A stretch of DNA of 64,000 bases from contig OZ076409.1 in assembly GCA_964187785.1 (NCBI GenBank), positions 72,728,001 through 72,792,000 on the forward strand. Reading direction: 5' to 3'. The stretch is from Amphiscolops sp. MND2022 (Eukaryota). Of the stretch, positions 26,971 to 40,458 are shown one piece after another. The notes below the pieces were generated by a model that was given only the letters and a program-made list of their open reading frames with translations, had not been told where the DNA came from and did not search any database. Both the position numbers and the translations under genes were made by a program. Every line of letters starts with the position of its first letter. The first letter of the stretch is position 1.

Positions 26971-29769
26971 GTGGCGGGGGGCTGTCCCCAATAGAATATA
27001 GTGAGGTAGGGTAGGGTTCCCTACCGAACATTCAGTACTGAAAGACTCTTGTAGTATGAAAATTTTTCGATGTTTTGAGACCGATTTCGGATTCCACCCG
27101 TCAGAAGTTTATGATTTTTTGGCCCCCACCCAGATTTTGGGCACTGATCGCCCCCCACCAGGTTCCATACCCGTGGTTTCGTTGTGACGGGTACACGAGC
27201 GACCGTTAGGGGTCAATCAGGGGGTAAAATTTATAAAAGTGTGAATAACTTTTCCCCCCGTCGTTTTAGCAGGTCCGGTCACTAGTAAAGGTTTGTTGGG
27301 CATCATGCAGTGGGTACGGGGGGCCAAACAAAAATTTTCTATCATGCACCGTTACGGACTTGGCCCCCCGCCCAAACCGCTATTTTACCGGAAATTGCAC
27401 TTTTTGAACGGGAAGGAGTCGTCTGAGCGCGGAGTCGTTTGGTAATGTTTTGTAGAGCATCTGAAGACGTGGTGGGGGACATGTAGTTTGCCGACCCCAG
27501 TTTACCCCTCGGACGGGAAATGACCGTTATGTTAGTTTTAAAATTGCCCCCCGTCAACTTTAACCGCTATTTCTGGTGTGAAGGAGTCGGAACAGCGTGT
27601 CGGGTGCTATATATCAAAAGTAGCTTTAAACAAGGACCTATCAGAAACATGTGGTTTGGGACCCTTTGAACGGACCCGTTAGCCGGAAATAGGGTGACCG
27701 CCCCCTTTTTCTGCGGTTAAAATTGTAAAACGGGCATTGAAGTGGAATTATCTTGGAAACGCGTGGAGCAATCGTGTCCATCACTCCTACAAGGTTTCAT
27801 ACCCATGACATGGTGTCTTCAGGGGGGCAAACAGATCAGCGCTATCTATCACCGTTACGGACTTTGCCCCCCAGCCTAACCGCTATATTACCGGAAACTG
27901 CCCTTTTTGACCGGGAAGGAGTCGTCTGAGAGTGGAGTCGTTAAGTAATGTTTTGTAGAGCATCTAGAGACGTGTTGGGGGACATGTAGTTTGCCGACCC
28001 CTGTTTACCCCTCGGACGGGAAATGACCGTTATGTTAGTTTTAAAATTGCCCCCCGTCAACTTTAACCGCTATTTCTGGTGTGAAGGAGTCGGAATAGCG
28101 TGTCGGGTGCTACATATCAAAAGTAGCTTTAAACAAGGACCTATCAGAAACATGTGGTTTGGGACCCTTGGAACGGACCCGTTAGCCGGAAATAGGGTGA
28201 CCGCCCCCTTTTTCTGCGGTTAAAATTGTAAAACGGGCATTGAAGTGGAATTATCTTGGAAACGCGTGGAGCTATAGTGTCCTTCACTACTACAAGGTTT
28301 CATACTCAAGATACGGTGCCTTCAGGGGGGAAAACAGATTACCGCTATATATCACCGTTACGGACTTGGCCCCCCAGCCTAACCGCTATGTTACCGGAAA
28401 TGTCATTTTTTGAGCCAAAAGGGTTAGTCCCAGCGTGGGAACGTCAGGTAACTTTATGTAGAACTCAATGAGACGAGTTGGGGGATATGGTTTCAGTCAC
28501 CCCCCGTTGACCCGTTAGACCGGAAACGACCGTTATGTAGTGAAAAATGTAATTTTTATACTTTTTGAAGGCCATTTAGGGCAGGAAGTATCGGTAATAT
28601 GTCTTTGGACAGTATACAATGAAAGTTTTGGTGTGAAACAAGCAATCTGAAATATCCGTTATTATGATTCGGAAGTCACACTAACAGCGAAAATGACCGT
28701 TATGTAGTGAAAATTTTTTTCACATTTTTTTTGCTTTCGATAGGTCCTTCAAGCCAAGAAGTAGCTGTATTAGGTCTTTGGCCACTTTATGATGATTGTG
28801 GTGTTGTGAGATGACCGTACGAACTTGACCTTTATAATGCCCCTGAAGTTGCTGCGGCACGAGAAATTTCAGAAAGTTTGTCTTTTCTGTGTTTTGTTGG
28901 AATAAACATTTAATTTCATTAAACCAATGTGCATTCAGGGTGTTTAGAAAGCTTCAAGAAAAGAATTTAATAGGAAACATGGCGGTGAGAAATAACAAAT
29001 TGCCACGTAAATCCAACCCCCGTTGGGGAATAAATGTAATAAATTGTTTTGGAAGTGCCAATCGACGTGTATTTGCGGATCATAGCCACGGTATTGTCTA
29101 TTCGTGTTTCTTTTTGAAGACTTTGAACATTTTCACTTTATCAGCTTGAGGTTTTAACTCTATATGCTTAATAACCGTTACAATATGATAGCCCTCAAGT
29201 TGACCTTGTGTCAACTTGAAAGGGCTATCCTTTCACAACTGCGCAGCAACAGTGTGATTGAGTGATTTAGTTATTATCCAAGGCCAATTTGAACTTCAAC
29301 AAGATTTTAACCACAATATTTAAAACTATTCATATGATTCTTTCAAAAGGGTAAATATTTAACTAATATTTGACAAAAAAACTCCAACCTTTAATTTGTG
29401 GACCGAATAGTAGGAAAACCATGTTTCTTAACGTTGTTGGATGAAATTCAAAATGATGCTTTTAAAAGAATAACAATTCTTGACACTATATATTTTTTCT
29501 ATTTTCCAATAAACTATTTTTCCAAAAGTCTATTTTTCCAATAAACATTGTTGATTGATGCCCATTCATAGTGACTGGAAAGTTTTACCAACTGTGGTGT
29601 TTTTTTTTAATCAGAGGTGAAACCGCTCCCTACCGTCGCATAATGTAATTCAAGCCGACGCCCACATGCCAACATCAACGCCCACCGTCCGTAGGCATGC
29701 CGAGGCATGCCTTTCGACGACGTATGCCAAATCACGCCCCTGCGAGGTCACTAAAGCGGTAGCGGCTAG
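26971..29769 (+). repeat. Cassette family G (2799 bp) with ~503-bp internal tandem repeat
   Basis: ACCGTTACGGACTT..CCCCC at 27348, 27851, 28354. Type II hairpin 29187-29229; variant end box 29693-29712. Confidence 0.87.
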
Positions 29770-31960
29770 GTGGAGGTTATTTTATAATAATTAAAGTGTT
29801 TTTTTCCGGAGTTTGTGGCTTTGGAAAAAACAAAAGGCGAGAAATTGGGCACTCCGGGCTGAACCGTATACACTCAAAATTCGCCCAATATTTATACGAT
29901 CTCGAAACCCAGCCGTACGATTTGGCTGAAAATTTGCATGCGGCTAAAAAATCAGATTCTAAGAACTATTTCCTGCTGACATTTTTTTGAAATTTTTGTG
30001 TACGTTTCCCCCCCGCCCCCTAAAGGGGTCAATTTTCCCCAATTTTGCACTTATGAGCCAAATTCTCAAAACTGGTGGATCTGAGCGTATTCCCGGCGGG
30101 GACAACTTTTAACGCGCGCTCCTCAGTAGACCTTTTTGACTTTTAACTTTGGTGGTACGTTCACCCCCCGAGGAGGAAATGGCGTTTTTGTGACTTCCGG
30201 TCGAGGCTTTTTTCACCCAAAAAATAGAATTAAGCCAATTTTGAGCAGGAAGGAGTGGATTTAAAGTGCCTGTACCCTGCTAAAAATTTGTTGGGCTTGT
30301 AGCGATATATCTCATACCAAGTCTGGTTTTCACCCCCAAACCCCCCTTGGGACCAAAATTCACCCAAACTTTTTTTACCTCTGTTTGTAGTTTTTTTTGC
30401 AAAATGTCGTCATTTCCATGGGTAAGGAGTTGAATTAGGGGCTCCTAATAGGGTACCAATGTTCAAGTACACTTGCAGTGCAACTGAGTGACCCTTTTGG
30501 GGCCTCTCCTGTGTTCGGCGAGGACCGGAAGTGGTGTAAACCCCCCTTTTTTGACGTTTGTTGACCTTGAGACTCGCGCTTAGATGACGTTTATGTCGCG
30601 CAAATCCTACAAACCAGTATTAGGATGACATGCTAGCCTACTAGAGAGCACTAAGGGAAACTATACTATACCGGAAGTAACCCCCCGTGACCGGAAGTTG
30701 TCATTTTTGACCGGAAATGGTCCAAAACATAGCGTAAAAGCAGTTTTCATTGCTTTTAAAGTCAACTTATTACTTTTTTCAGTCTGCGCGAGCTTGTCTT
30801 CAGATTCGTTTTTGTTGTCCGTGCACACTACAACAAATATACATCTGTAGAACTTTTGCTATAATATCGTCGGAGAGAGAAATAACGGGTTTTCGGAATT
30901 TTTTTTCAAAAATGTTTGTCTATATCTATCATTTTTACCCAACGTTATTCAACAGTAGAACCACAGGGGTTAGTATCTGCCAAAATATATGCCTAACAAA
31001 ACCACTCGTCCCATTGGTTGCAGTTTGAGCGTTCTAGCTTTGCCTGGTCACAAGTTGAGGGACTTCAAAAAGTTTCAAATTTTTTTGGAAAATTTTTTTT
31101 AAACGTCACGTCTCCCAAAGTTAAGAATTTTCCACACAACTAGGATTGCAAGAGAATGCACATGGTAAGACCTATAAATCGAGAGAAAAATTCCGTTCAG
31201 AACGTCTCTTTATCGTTACGTGACGTTAAAAGATGTTGCTTTGAATGTGAATTTGATAATGCGTCGAGAAGTAAAAGAGTGTGAATGGATCCTATGTCTC
31301 GACAAATACTCATCGCAATACATACGATGAACCCCAATTACCCTCACTTTCAGTTGGCTAGTACATCAGCGTCTTCCAAGGACCGTTTACCTATTTAAAA
31401 ATTGTCAAATTCATTATTAATATCAGTTAGCAAGAAATATTTGAGTACATTGTCATCTCTCCCCATCGGGTGAGATGAGAATGTTCTTGCTAAAAGTCAA
31501 GTACTACGGCCCATTTTTGTTTTATTGCGACGTTTTCTGTGCCTTAGCACAAGGATACTTTTATGTCATCTCACTTTTGTTATACAATCTGACTTGTTGT
31601 TATAAAATTCTCGTCATTACTTTACCTAAACTTACTACCATGCATCTTTAACGTCAAAGCCAAATTCATTTAGACGCCCACCATTCCGTAGGTATGCCGA
31701 GGTATGCCTTTCGAAGAAGTATGGCAAAACACAAACGGGCAAATGAAAAGGGCTGAAATTCAGAAACAGTCACAAACAATTTTGACTATTTGACCGATGG
31801 TAGGTTTTTATATGGAACTTACACATCACTGACATTTCAAAACATTCCAGCTGACGCCCACTTACAAACATCAACGCCCACCGTCTGTGGGCATGCCGAG
31901 GCATGCCCTTCGACGACGTATGACGAATCCACTCCAACGACACCCGCAGTCCTCAGCTAG
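29770..31960 (+). repeat. Cassette family B (2191 bp)
   Basis: Homologous to 2713-4905 except for the last ~40 bp. Confidence 0.9.
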
Positions 31961-33248
31961 GTGGCCGGAAATTTTTTTTTTCATCAAAATCTTTGCCATT
32001 GGGGGAGGGGCCCCGGATGGCCAGTAGTACGGCATAGCTCCCTACGGAATCCAGGCAAAAAAAACGTGATTTTGGAAACTAGCCGTCAGAATTTTCTCAA
32101 AATTTGCATACGGCTTCCTATGACAATCCTAAGAACTAATCCCTACTGGCATTTTGCCCAAAAAACGCAAAAAGTTGGTCAAAATCTTAGTTTTTTGGTT
32201 AAAAAATGGCAATTTTTCGAAAAATTTTTTTTTCAGAGACAATTACTCGTAACTGGTTCACCCAGCGCAAAAACGCCTAGCTGATTTATTGTTGGGCACT
32301 TCATGAGGAGTGCGTATACAAATTTTCGTTTAGATCGGAAAAAAAATGACTAAGTATTAGCCGGAATTCGGACGCATTTTTTCGCAAATTTTTGAAAACC
32401 TAGTCTATCTCTGCCGTTTTTTGCCCAGATTTTTTTCCAGGTCCTCTCCTAAAGGCCTCCCCTGGCCGGTTTACTTCCCAGAAAAACCATTTGGCCCTAA
32501 ATACGGAGTTTCAGCGTTCTAGCATTCCCGGGCGAAAAGATGTGGGACTTAGAAAAAATTCAAAATTTTTCAAAAATTTTTTTTTTCGTTTTCCGGCCCC
32601 CCAATGAAGGGGAACGACCCCCCAACGAGGATTTTTGGTGAATTCACGTGGAAAGGCCTTGTTTTGTGGAGAAAACTGCCGTTTAGAGCGACTTTTTATC
32701 TTAACTTGACGTTGACCTCTGTCGTTTTGAATTTGATATTAGTATGTGTTGAGCATGTGAAAAGTTGATGATTTCAGTTGTTCTCTCGTGTTCAAGCCAT
32801 TGAGATACAAGCGGTAGTGATCAAAATGTGATTTATCGCAATTTGGTGGTGCTTTTGGTGTATTTTGATTCTTTTAAATAAAAAGTTGTTCTTTATATAT
32901 TTGGTGTATTGATTCAAATTAACAAGAAACAGTTGAGTACATTTCATCTCCCCCCTTGTGGGGGAGATGAGGATGTACCCGCTAAATGACACGCACAATG
33001 GCCCACTTTTACTTTTATGCGACGTTTTCTAGGCTTTTGCGCAAGCCCACTAATATTTAGACTGGTTTCCTTTTCTTTTACTCCAAAATTTTCCGTACTA
33101 ACCACCGTACGCACCACCAGCTCAACGTAACATCTGTAACGTCAACGCCACACACTCTCACTAACGCCCACTGTCCGTGGGCATGCCGAGGCATGCCCTT
33201 CGACGACGTATGCCAAATAGCGCCACAGGGCGCAAACTTGTCCGCTAG
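31961..33248 (+). repeat. Cassette family A (1288 bp)
   Basis: Near-identical to 34637-35923. Confidence 0.92.
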
Positions 33249-34636
33249 GTGGTTGGGGCAGTCCCCAGAACGCACAAGGAGGCGCGGGGAGGGTCCTGCG
33301 CCGACGTAGAATAATTTCATATAATACTAGTATCCTACATGGGTGTTTTAGAAGCGATTTTGGAATCTAACCGTAGGATTTGGATAATTTTTTGCATGCG
33401 GCCATAACTCGAAATTCTAAGAACTTTTTCCTACTGTCATTTTCCCCGCAAATTGTTTTTTGTTGACTTATGGCCGAAAAACCGGAAATAACGTCCTTTT
33501 TAGACGTTATATCCGAAGTGTCGACTTAACTTTTTTCCAGGGCACGCTAGCGTTCTCGTTCACTTTTACACTTAGTTGCAGCATCTCAAAATACAACTGG
33601 TGGGAAATTTTGGTTGCATTCGGATCACCCCCCACCGAGATAGAAGGGTTTCCCCCTCCAGTTTTACCCCCCAAATTTGCAAAAAAGCCAATTTTGAGCA
33701 TGAAGCCGAGGATTTAGCGTACCTGCACCCCTCTGATGTTTTGTTGTACGTTTTGAGGTCAACCTGATGACATGTGTGGTTTTCACCCCCAACCCCCCCT
33801 GGGACCGGAAATGACACTTTTTTGTGTTTTTTGGCAGAATTTAGCCTTTTTCATTATTAGGCAGTCGTTTTAAGGACTCTTAGCAGGATATCGAAATTGA
33901 AATACGACCTGATCACAACCCAGTGACAACATGTTGGCCACTTGGAGGTATCATCATGACCGGAAGTGGGGTCAACCCCCCTTTTTGTGACCGCTTTTTG
34001 ACCTTGTGCACAAAAATGCCAACAACTTGAGGCCTAATGACGCATTCAAATCTGTACAAAGATAAAATGTTAGACAACCGAAGTCCCGGAAGATCTTTAG
34101 CATATACCGGAAGTTACCCCCCATGACCGGAAGTTACCCAATGTGACCGGAAATGGTCCAAAAATTAATGTAAAGTTGAATTTTTTACTATTTCAAGACC
34201 ACTTCATTGAACATTTTCATTCCCAAAACTAGCGTACTGGCTTGTTTTGCTGAATTTGTGGAAATTGATGAGCTCTATCACCCCCGATAGCCTTCGAAGT
34301 TGACCTTGCGTCAACTTTGGAGGCTATCGATACTGAAAATGAACAACAAAGTACATTGTTGCTTTCGGTTTTTTCCCGTTGTTTTGCCTCAAACATTCTT
34401 GAGACATATACATGGCCGTTAGTTGAAATCAATATTTAGCCCATGTTATAGCTGGAGCAGCGAAGCGTTACACAGACTAGTGTGGGTTTGAAATTACAAT
34501 TATTAAATTAACAACTGACCGTCTTAGTCAACTCCACACATTCATACCAACGCCCACCGTCTGTGGGCATGCCGAGGCATGCCCTTCGACGACGTATGAC
34601 GAATCCACTCGAACGACACCCGCAGTCCTCAGCTAG
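33249..34636 (+). repeat. Cassette family H (1388 bp)
   Basis: Homologous to 58212-59598; type II hairpin 34286-34328. Confidence 0.9.
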
Positions 34637-35923
34637 GTGGCCGGAAATTTTTTTTTTCATCAAAATCTTTGCCATTGGGGGAGGGGCCCCGGATGGCCAG
34701 TAGTACGGCATAGCTCCCTACGGAATCCAGGCAAAAAAAACGTGATTTTGGAAACTAGCCGTCAGAATTTTCTCAAAATTTGCATACGGCTTCCTATGAC
34801 AATCCTAAGAACTAATCCCTACTGGCATTTTGCCCAAAAAACGCAAAAAGTTGGTCAAAATCTTAGTTTTTTGGTTAAAAAATGGCAATTTTTCGAAAAA
34901 TTTTTTTTTCAGAGACAATTACTCGTAACTGGTTCACCCAGCGCAAAAACGCCTAGCTGATTTATTGTTGGGCACTTCATGAGGAGTGCGTATACAAATT
35001 TTCGTTTAGATCGGAAAAAAAATGACTAAGTATTAGCCGGAATTCGGACGCATTTTTTCGCAAATTTTTGAAAACCTAGTCTATCTCTGCCGTTTTTTGC
35101 CCAGATTTTTTTCCAGGTCCTCTCCTAAAGGCCTCCCCTGGCCGGTTTACTTCCCAGAAAAACCATTTGGCCCTAAATACGGAGTTTCAGCGTTCTAGCA
35201 TTCCCGGGCGAAAAGATGTGGGACTTAGAAAAAATTCAAAATTTTTCAAAAATTTTTTTTTCGTTTTCCGGCCCCCCAATGAAGGGGAACGACCCCCCAA
35301 CGAGGATTTTTGGTGAATTCACGTGGAAAGGCCTTGTTTTGTGGAGAAAACTGCCGTTTAGAGCGACTTTTTATCTTAACTTGACGTTGACCTCTGTCGT
35401 TTTGAATTTGATATTAGTATGTGTTGAGCATGTGAAAAGTTGATGATTTCAGTTGTTCTCTCGTGTTCAAGCCATTGAGATACAAGCGGTAGTGATCAAA
35501 ATGTGATTTATCGCAATTTGGTGGTGCTTTTGGTGTATTTTGATTCTTTTAAATAAAAAGTTGTTCTTTATATATTTGGTGTATTGATTCAAATTAACAA
35601 GAAACAGTTGAGTACATTTCATCTCCCCCCTTGTGGGGGAGATGAGGATGTACCCGCTAAATGACACGCACAATGGCCCACTTTTACTTTTATGCGACGT
35701 TTTCTAGGCTTTTGCGCAAGCCCACTAATATTTAGACTGGTTTCCTTTTCTTTTACTCCAAAATTTTCCGTACTAACCACCGTACGCACCACCAGCTCAA
35801 CGTAACATCTGTAACGTCAACGCCACACACTCTCACTAACGCCCACTGTCCGTGGGCATGCCGAGGCATGCCCTTCGACGACGTATGCCAAATAGCGCCA
35901 CAGGGCGCAAACTTGTCCGCTAG
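34637..35923 (+). repeat. Cassette family A (1287 bp)
   Basis: Near-identical to other A copies. Confidence 0.92.
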
Positions 35924-37896
35924 GTGCGGGGGGGTAACCCCAACAAAATTTTTGGAGGATTCGGGTAGGGTCCTGAATCCGATTTCAACTCTAATAGCTA
36001 TCGATAGGAAATCTTGCAAAAATTTCGGGATCTCGTGATCTAACCATAGGATTTTAAAGTTGGAGCGGCCCCCACCAGATTTTCCAAAGTTATTCGCCCC
36101 CCACCGGGTTCCAGAGTGATTGAAATATTCTGACGGGGTACACGGGCGACCGTTAGGGGTCATTTTAGGGGTAAAATTTATATAATGTCGCATAACTTTT
36201 TTCCTGTTGGATTAAAACTTTGGGACCCTGCTAAAAGTTTCTTGACCGTGTTGCGGGGGCTCCGGAGGTCCAAACCAAATTTTTCTATCTTGAAGCTATC
36301 TCCAAGTACCCCCCCGCCCAAACCGTTATTTTTCCGGAAACGCAGGTTTTTGACCCGGAAGGAGTCGTCTGAGCGCGGGGTCGTTAGGTGATGTATTGGG
36401 GACGGCCTTGAGACGAAGCGGGGGATATATAGTTTGCCGACCCCAGTTTACCCCCCGCACGGGAAATGACCGTTATATGAGCGGGAAAAATGCCCCCCTC
36501 CACGTTTTACCGCTATTTCCGGTGTGAAGGAGTGGGAGTAGCGCGTCGGGTGTTATATAACAAAAGTAGGTTTAGACAAGGACCTATCGGAAACATGTAG
36601 TTTGGGACCCCCTGGACCAACCCGTTAGCGGGAAATGGGGCTTCCGCCTCCTTTTTTTACTGCTAAAACCGTAAAATGGGCATTGAGGGGTAAATATCTC
36701 GTGAACGCGTGGAGCTACGGTGTCCATCACTACTACAAGGTTTCATACCCATGATATGGTGCCTTCAGGGGGGCAAACAGATTTCCGCTATCTATCACCG
36801 TTACCGACTTGGCCCCCCAGCCTAACCGCTATGTGACCGGAAATGTCACTTTTTGAGCCCAAAGGGTCGGTCCCAGCCGGGGAACGTTAGGTAACTTATT
36901 GTAGTACTCAATGAGACGAGTTGGGGGATATAGTTTCAGTCACCCCCCGTTACCCCTTGGGACCAGAAATGACCGTTATGTGGGTAAAATTGCAATTTTT
37001 ATACTTTTTCAAGTGTATTTAGGTGCGGAAGGAGTGGTAATAGGTGCTTGGACACTATATGAGGTAAGGGAGGACGTGAGGCGAGCATTCGGAAATAACC
37101 GTTATGTTGACCCTAAAGTCCCCCTGGTACCGTAAACGACCGGAAATGGTCAAATTTTGTGTCTATTGGGTACAAATGTTTAGTATTTTGTAGATAAAAG
37201 TATCTATTAGGTGTTTCGACGGTCTGCAATAGTGAACATAGTCATGAAACCTTGTGGGGGGTAACGGGGTATATAGCACCGGAAGTCCAAACCGTTGGAC
37301 ACAGGATAAGTTTTTGGTTTGAAAATGTCTTTCGGCGTACTTTTGTCGACTATTATGGACTATTATTAAAAATGAAAGTTTTTCCATATAGTTTCAGAGA
37401 CTCCGAAACCTCAACCAACATAACCGTTACATTTTGATAGCCTTTCAAGTTGGCCTGGTGTCAACTTGGAAGCGCTATCCTTCTGAAATCGTTAATCAAG
37501 AGTGTTTTTGGGTAGGTATATATTGCATTAGTACCAATTAGAGCTTCATCAACAGTGTATCAACGACAAAAACTATGCCGTCATGATTCCGTTATTAGAA
37601 TCATAGTGAGCAAATTGTTGAAAAAAATGGTTTTTTCCATACAAAATGTGTCCTAAATGCCAGGAAACCTATTTACCTAACAAATGGTATTAATTGGAAT
37701 GTATGTAACAGATTTATAAAAGTTCAAATTGAATATTACATTTCATTATGGAAGCTGAAACGTCATATTTTAGTTTAATTAACGTCAACGCCACACACTT
37801 TACATCAACGCACACCGTCTGTGGGCATGCCGAGGCATGCCCTTCGACGACGTATGACAAATCCATATCAAACGACGCCCGTACATCCCGGGCTAG
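35924..37896 (+). repeat. Cassette family G (1973 bp)
   Basis: Shares head and GGGAAATGACCGTTAT repeat with 26971-29769; type II hairpin 37436-37479. Confidence 0.87.
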
Positions 37897-39170
37897 GTGC
37901 CGGGATTTCCATTCGATAAGGTATTCTGCGCGTGTGGGTAGGGCCCCTGGCGCGCTCCTGTGTTTTCGGTTTTCCTACTCCAAATTCACACCCCAGTTAT
38001 CTCCGATCTCGTAAACTATCCATACGATTTGGCTGAAACTTGGCACACAGCTTCGTTGGAACATTGTAAGAACAAATCCCTACTGACGTTTTGCCCGCTA
38101 AACATTTTTTGTTGGTCAAAAATGCGATTTTCCGACAAAATTTTTGACTTTTTTTTCTTTTTCAACTCATATCTCGCCACAGGGTCACGCTAGCGCTTTG
38201 CAACCTATGATCCTTTTTTGTAGGGCATTGCATGTAGAACACGTATGCCAATTTTGGTGGCGATAGGACTTAAACTCAGGGAGATATAACGATTTTTTAG
38301 GTGCATTTTTTGACATTTTTTGCATTTGCTGATTTATCTTTGCCGTTTTTTGCCCAGATTTTTTTTGAGACACTCTCCTAAAGACCTCCCCTGGCCAGTT
38401 TACCTCCCAGCAAAACCATTTGGCCCTAAATACGAAGTTTCAGCGTTCTAGCAATCCCGGGCGAAAAATTATGGGACTTAGAAAATTTTTTTGAAAACGC
38501 AAAATGTGTAAAGTCAACTTCAGGCCTCCCAAAGTCAAGGAACTTTCACACAACTAGGATTGCAAGTGGATGCATGTGGAAAGTACTGGGATAGACGAGA
38601 AAAATGAGCTATAGAACGACTCTGTAGCATAACTTGACGTTGACTTATGATGTTTTGAATGTGTGCTTGCTAAGGGGTCCGAAATTGAAAATTTTTAAAG
38701 AAAATTAATATCGTCAAAAATTCATCGAAATGCCTGCAATATACAGTAGAGCGTGTTCAATTGTAGCTGACTAATGCATCAACGCAACTCAAGGTCTTTT
38801 AACTCAGTTTCAAATTTTTTTACACTGTATTATCCATCCGAGAGATCGAAACAGTTGAGTACATTCCATCTCCCTCCCGGGGGAGATGAGAATGTACTCG
38901 CTAAAGTCCAGATACCACAGCCCATAATTGTTTCTCTGCAACGCCATCTATGCTACTGCACATAACTACTAATCTTAGGACTGAATTTTGCCTTCGCTTT
39001 GACTTGACATATGCTGAAGGTTTGATCCTTTCACACATCAATATTACCTGAACAAAACAACCCTAACATCAACGCCCCACACTCACATCAACGCCCACCG
39101 TCCGTGGGCATGCCGAGGCATGCCCTTCGACGACGTATACCAAGATATACATAAGCGCGGTAGCCGCTAG
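37897..39170 (+). repeat. Short cassette, family D-like (1274 bp)
   Basis: Related to 21872-23148 and 24430-25693. Confidence 0.88.
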
Positions 39171-40458
39171 GTGGCCGGAAAATTTTTTTTTCAGCAAAAT
39201 CTTTGCCATTGGGGGAGGGGCCCCGGATGGCCAGTAGTACGGGATAGCTTCCTACCAAATCCAGGCGGAAAAAACGTGATTTTGGAAACTAGCCGTCAGA
39301 ATTTGCTCAAAATTTGCATACGGCTTCCTATGACAATCCTAAGAACTAATCCCTACTGGCATTTTGCCCAAAAAACGCAAAAAGTTGGTCAAAATCTTAG
39401 TTTTTTGGTCAAAAAATGGCAATTTTTCGAAAAAAAATTTTTTCAGAGACAATTACTCGTAACTGGTTCACCCAGCGCAAAAACGCCTAGCTGATTTATT
39501 GTTGGGCACTTCATGAGGAGTGCGTATACAAATTTTCGTCCAGATCGGAAAAAAAATGACTAAGTATTAGCCGGAATTCGGACGCATTTTTTCGCAAATT
39601 TTTGAAAACCTAGTCTATCTCTGCCGTTTTTTGCCCAGATTTTTTTCCAGGTCCTCTCCTAAAGGCCTCCCCTGGCCGGTTTACTTCCCAGAAAAACCAT
39701 TTGGCCCTAAATACGGAGTTTCAGCGTTCTAGCATTCCCGGGCGAAAAGATGTGGGACTTAGAAAAAATTCAAAATTTTTCAAAAAATTTTTTTTTCGTT
39801 TTCCGGCCCCCCAATGAAGGGGAACGACCCCCCAACGAGGATTTTTGGTGAATTCACGTGGAAAGGCCTTGTTTTGTGGAGAAAATTGCCGTTTAGAGCG
39901 ACTTTTTATCTTAACTTGACGTTGACCTCTGTCGTTTTGAATTTGATATTAGTATGTGTTGAGCATGTGAAAAGTTGATGATTTCAGTTGTTCTCTCGTG
40001 TTCAAGCCATTGAGATACAAGCGGTAGTGATCAAAATGTGATTTATCGCAATTTGGTGGTGCTTTTGGTGTATTTTGATTCTTTTAAATAAAAAGTTGTT
40101 CTTTATATATTTGGTGTATTGATTCAAATTAACAAGAAACAGTTGAGTACATTTCATCTCCCCCCTTGTGGGGGAGATGAGGATGTACCCGCTAAATGAC
40201 ACGCACAATGGCCCACTTTTACTTTTATGCGACGTTTTCTAGGCTTTTGCGCAAGCCCACTAATTTTTAGACTGGTTTCCTTTTCTTTTACTCCAAAATT
40301 TTCCGTACTAACCACCTTACGCACCACCAGCTCAACGTAACATCTGTAACGTCAACGCCACACACTCTCACTAACGCCCACCGTCCGTGGGCATGCCGAG
40401 GCATGCCCTTCGACGACGTATGCCAAATAGCGCCACAGGGCGCAAACTTGTCCGCTAG
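39171..40458 (+). repeat. Cassette family A (1288 bp)
   Basis: Near-identical to other A copies. Confidence 0.92.
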
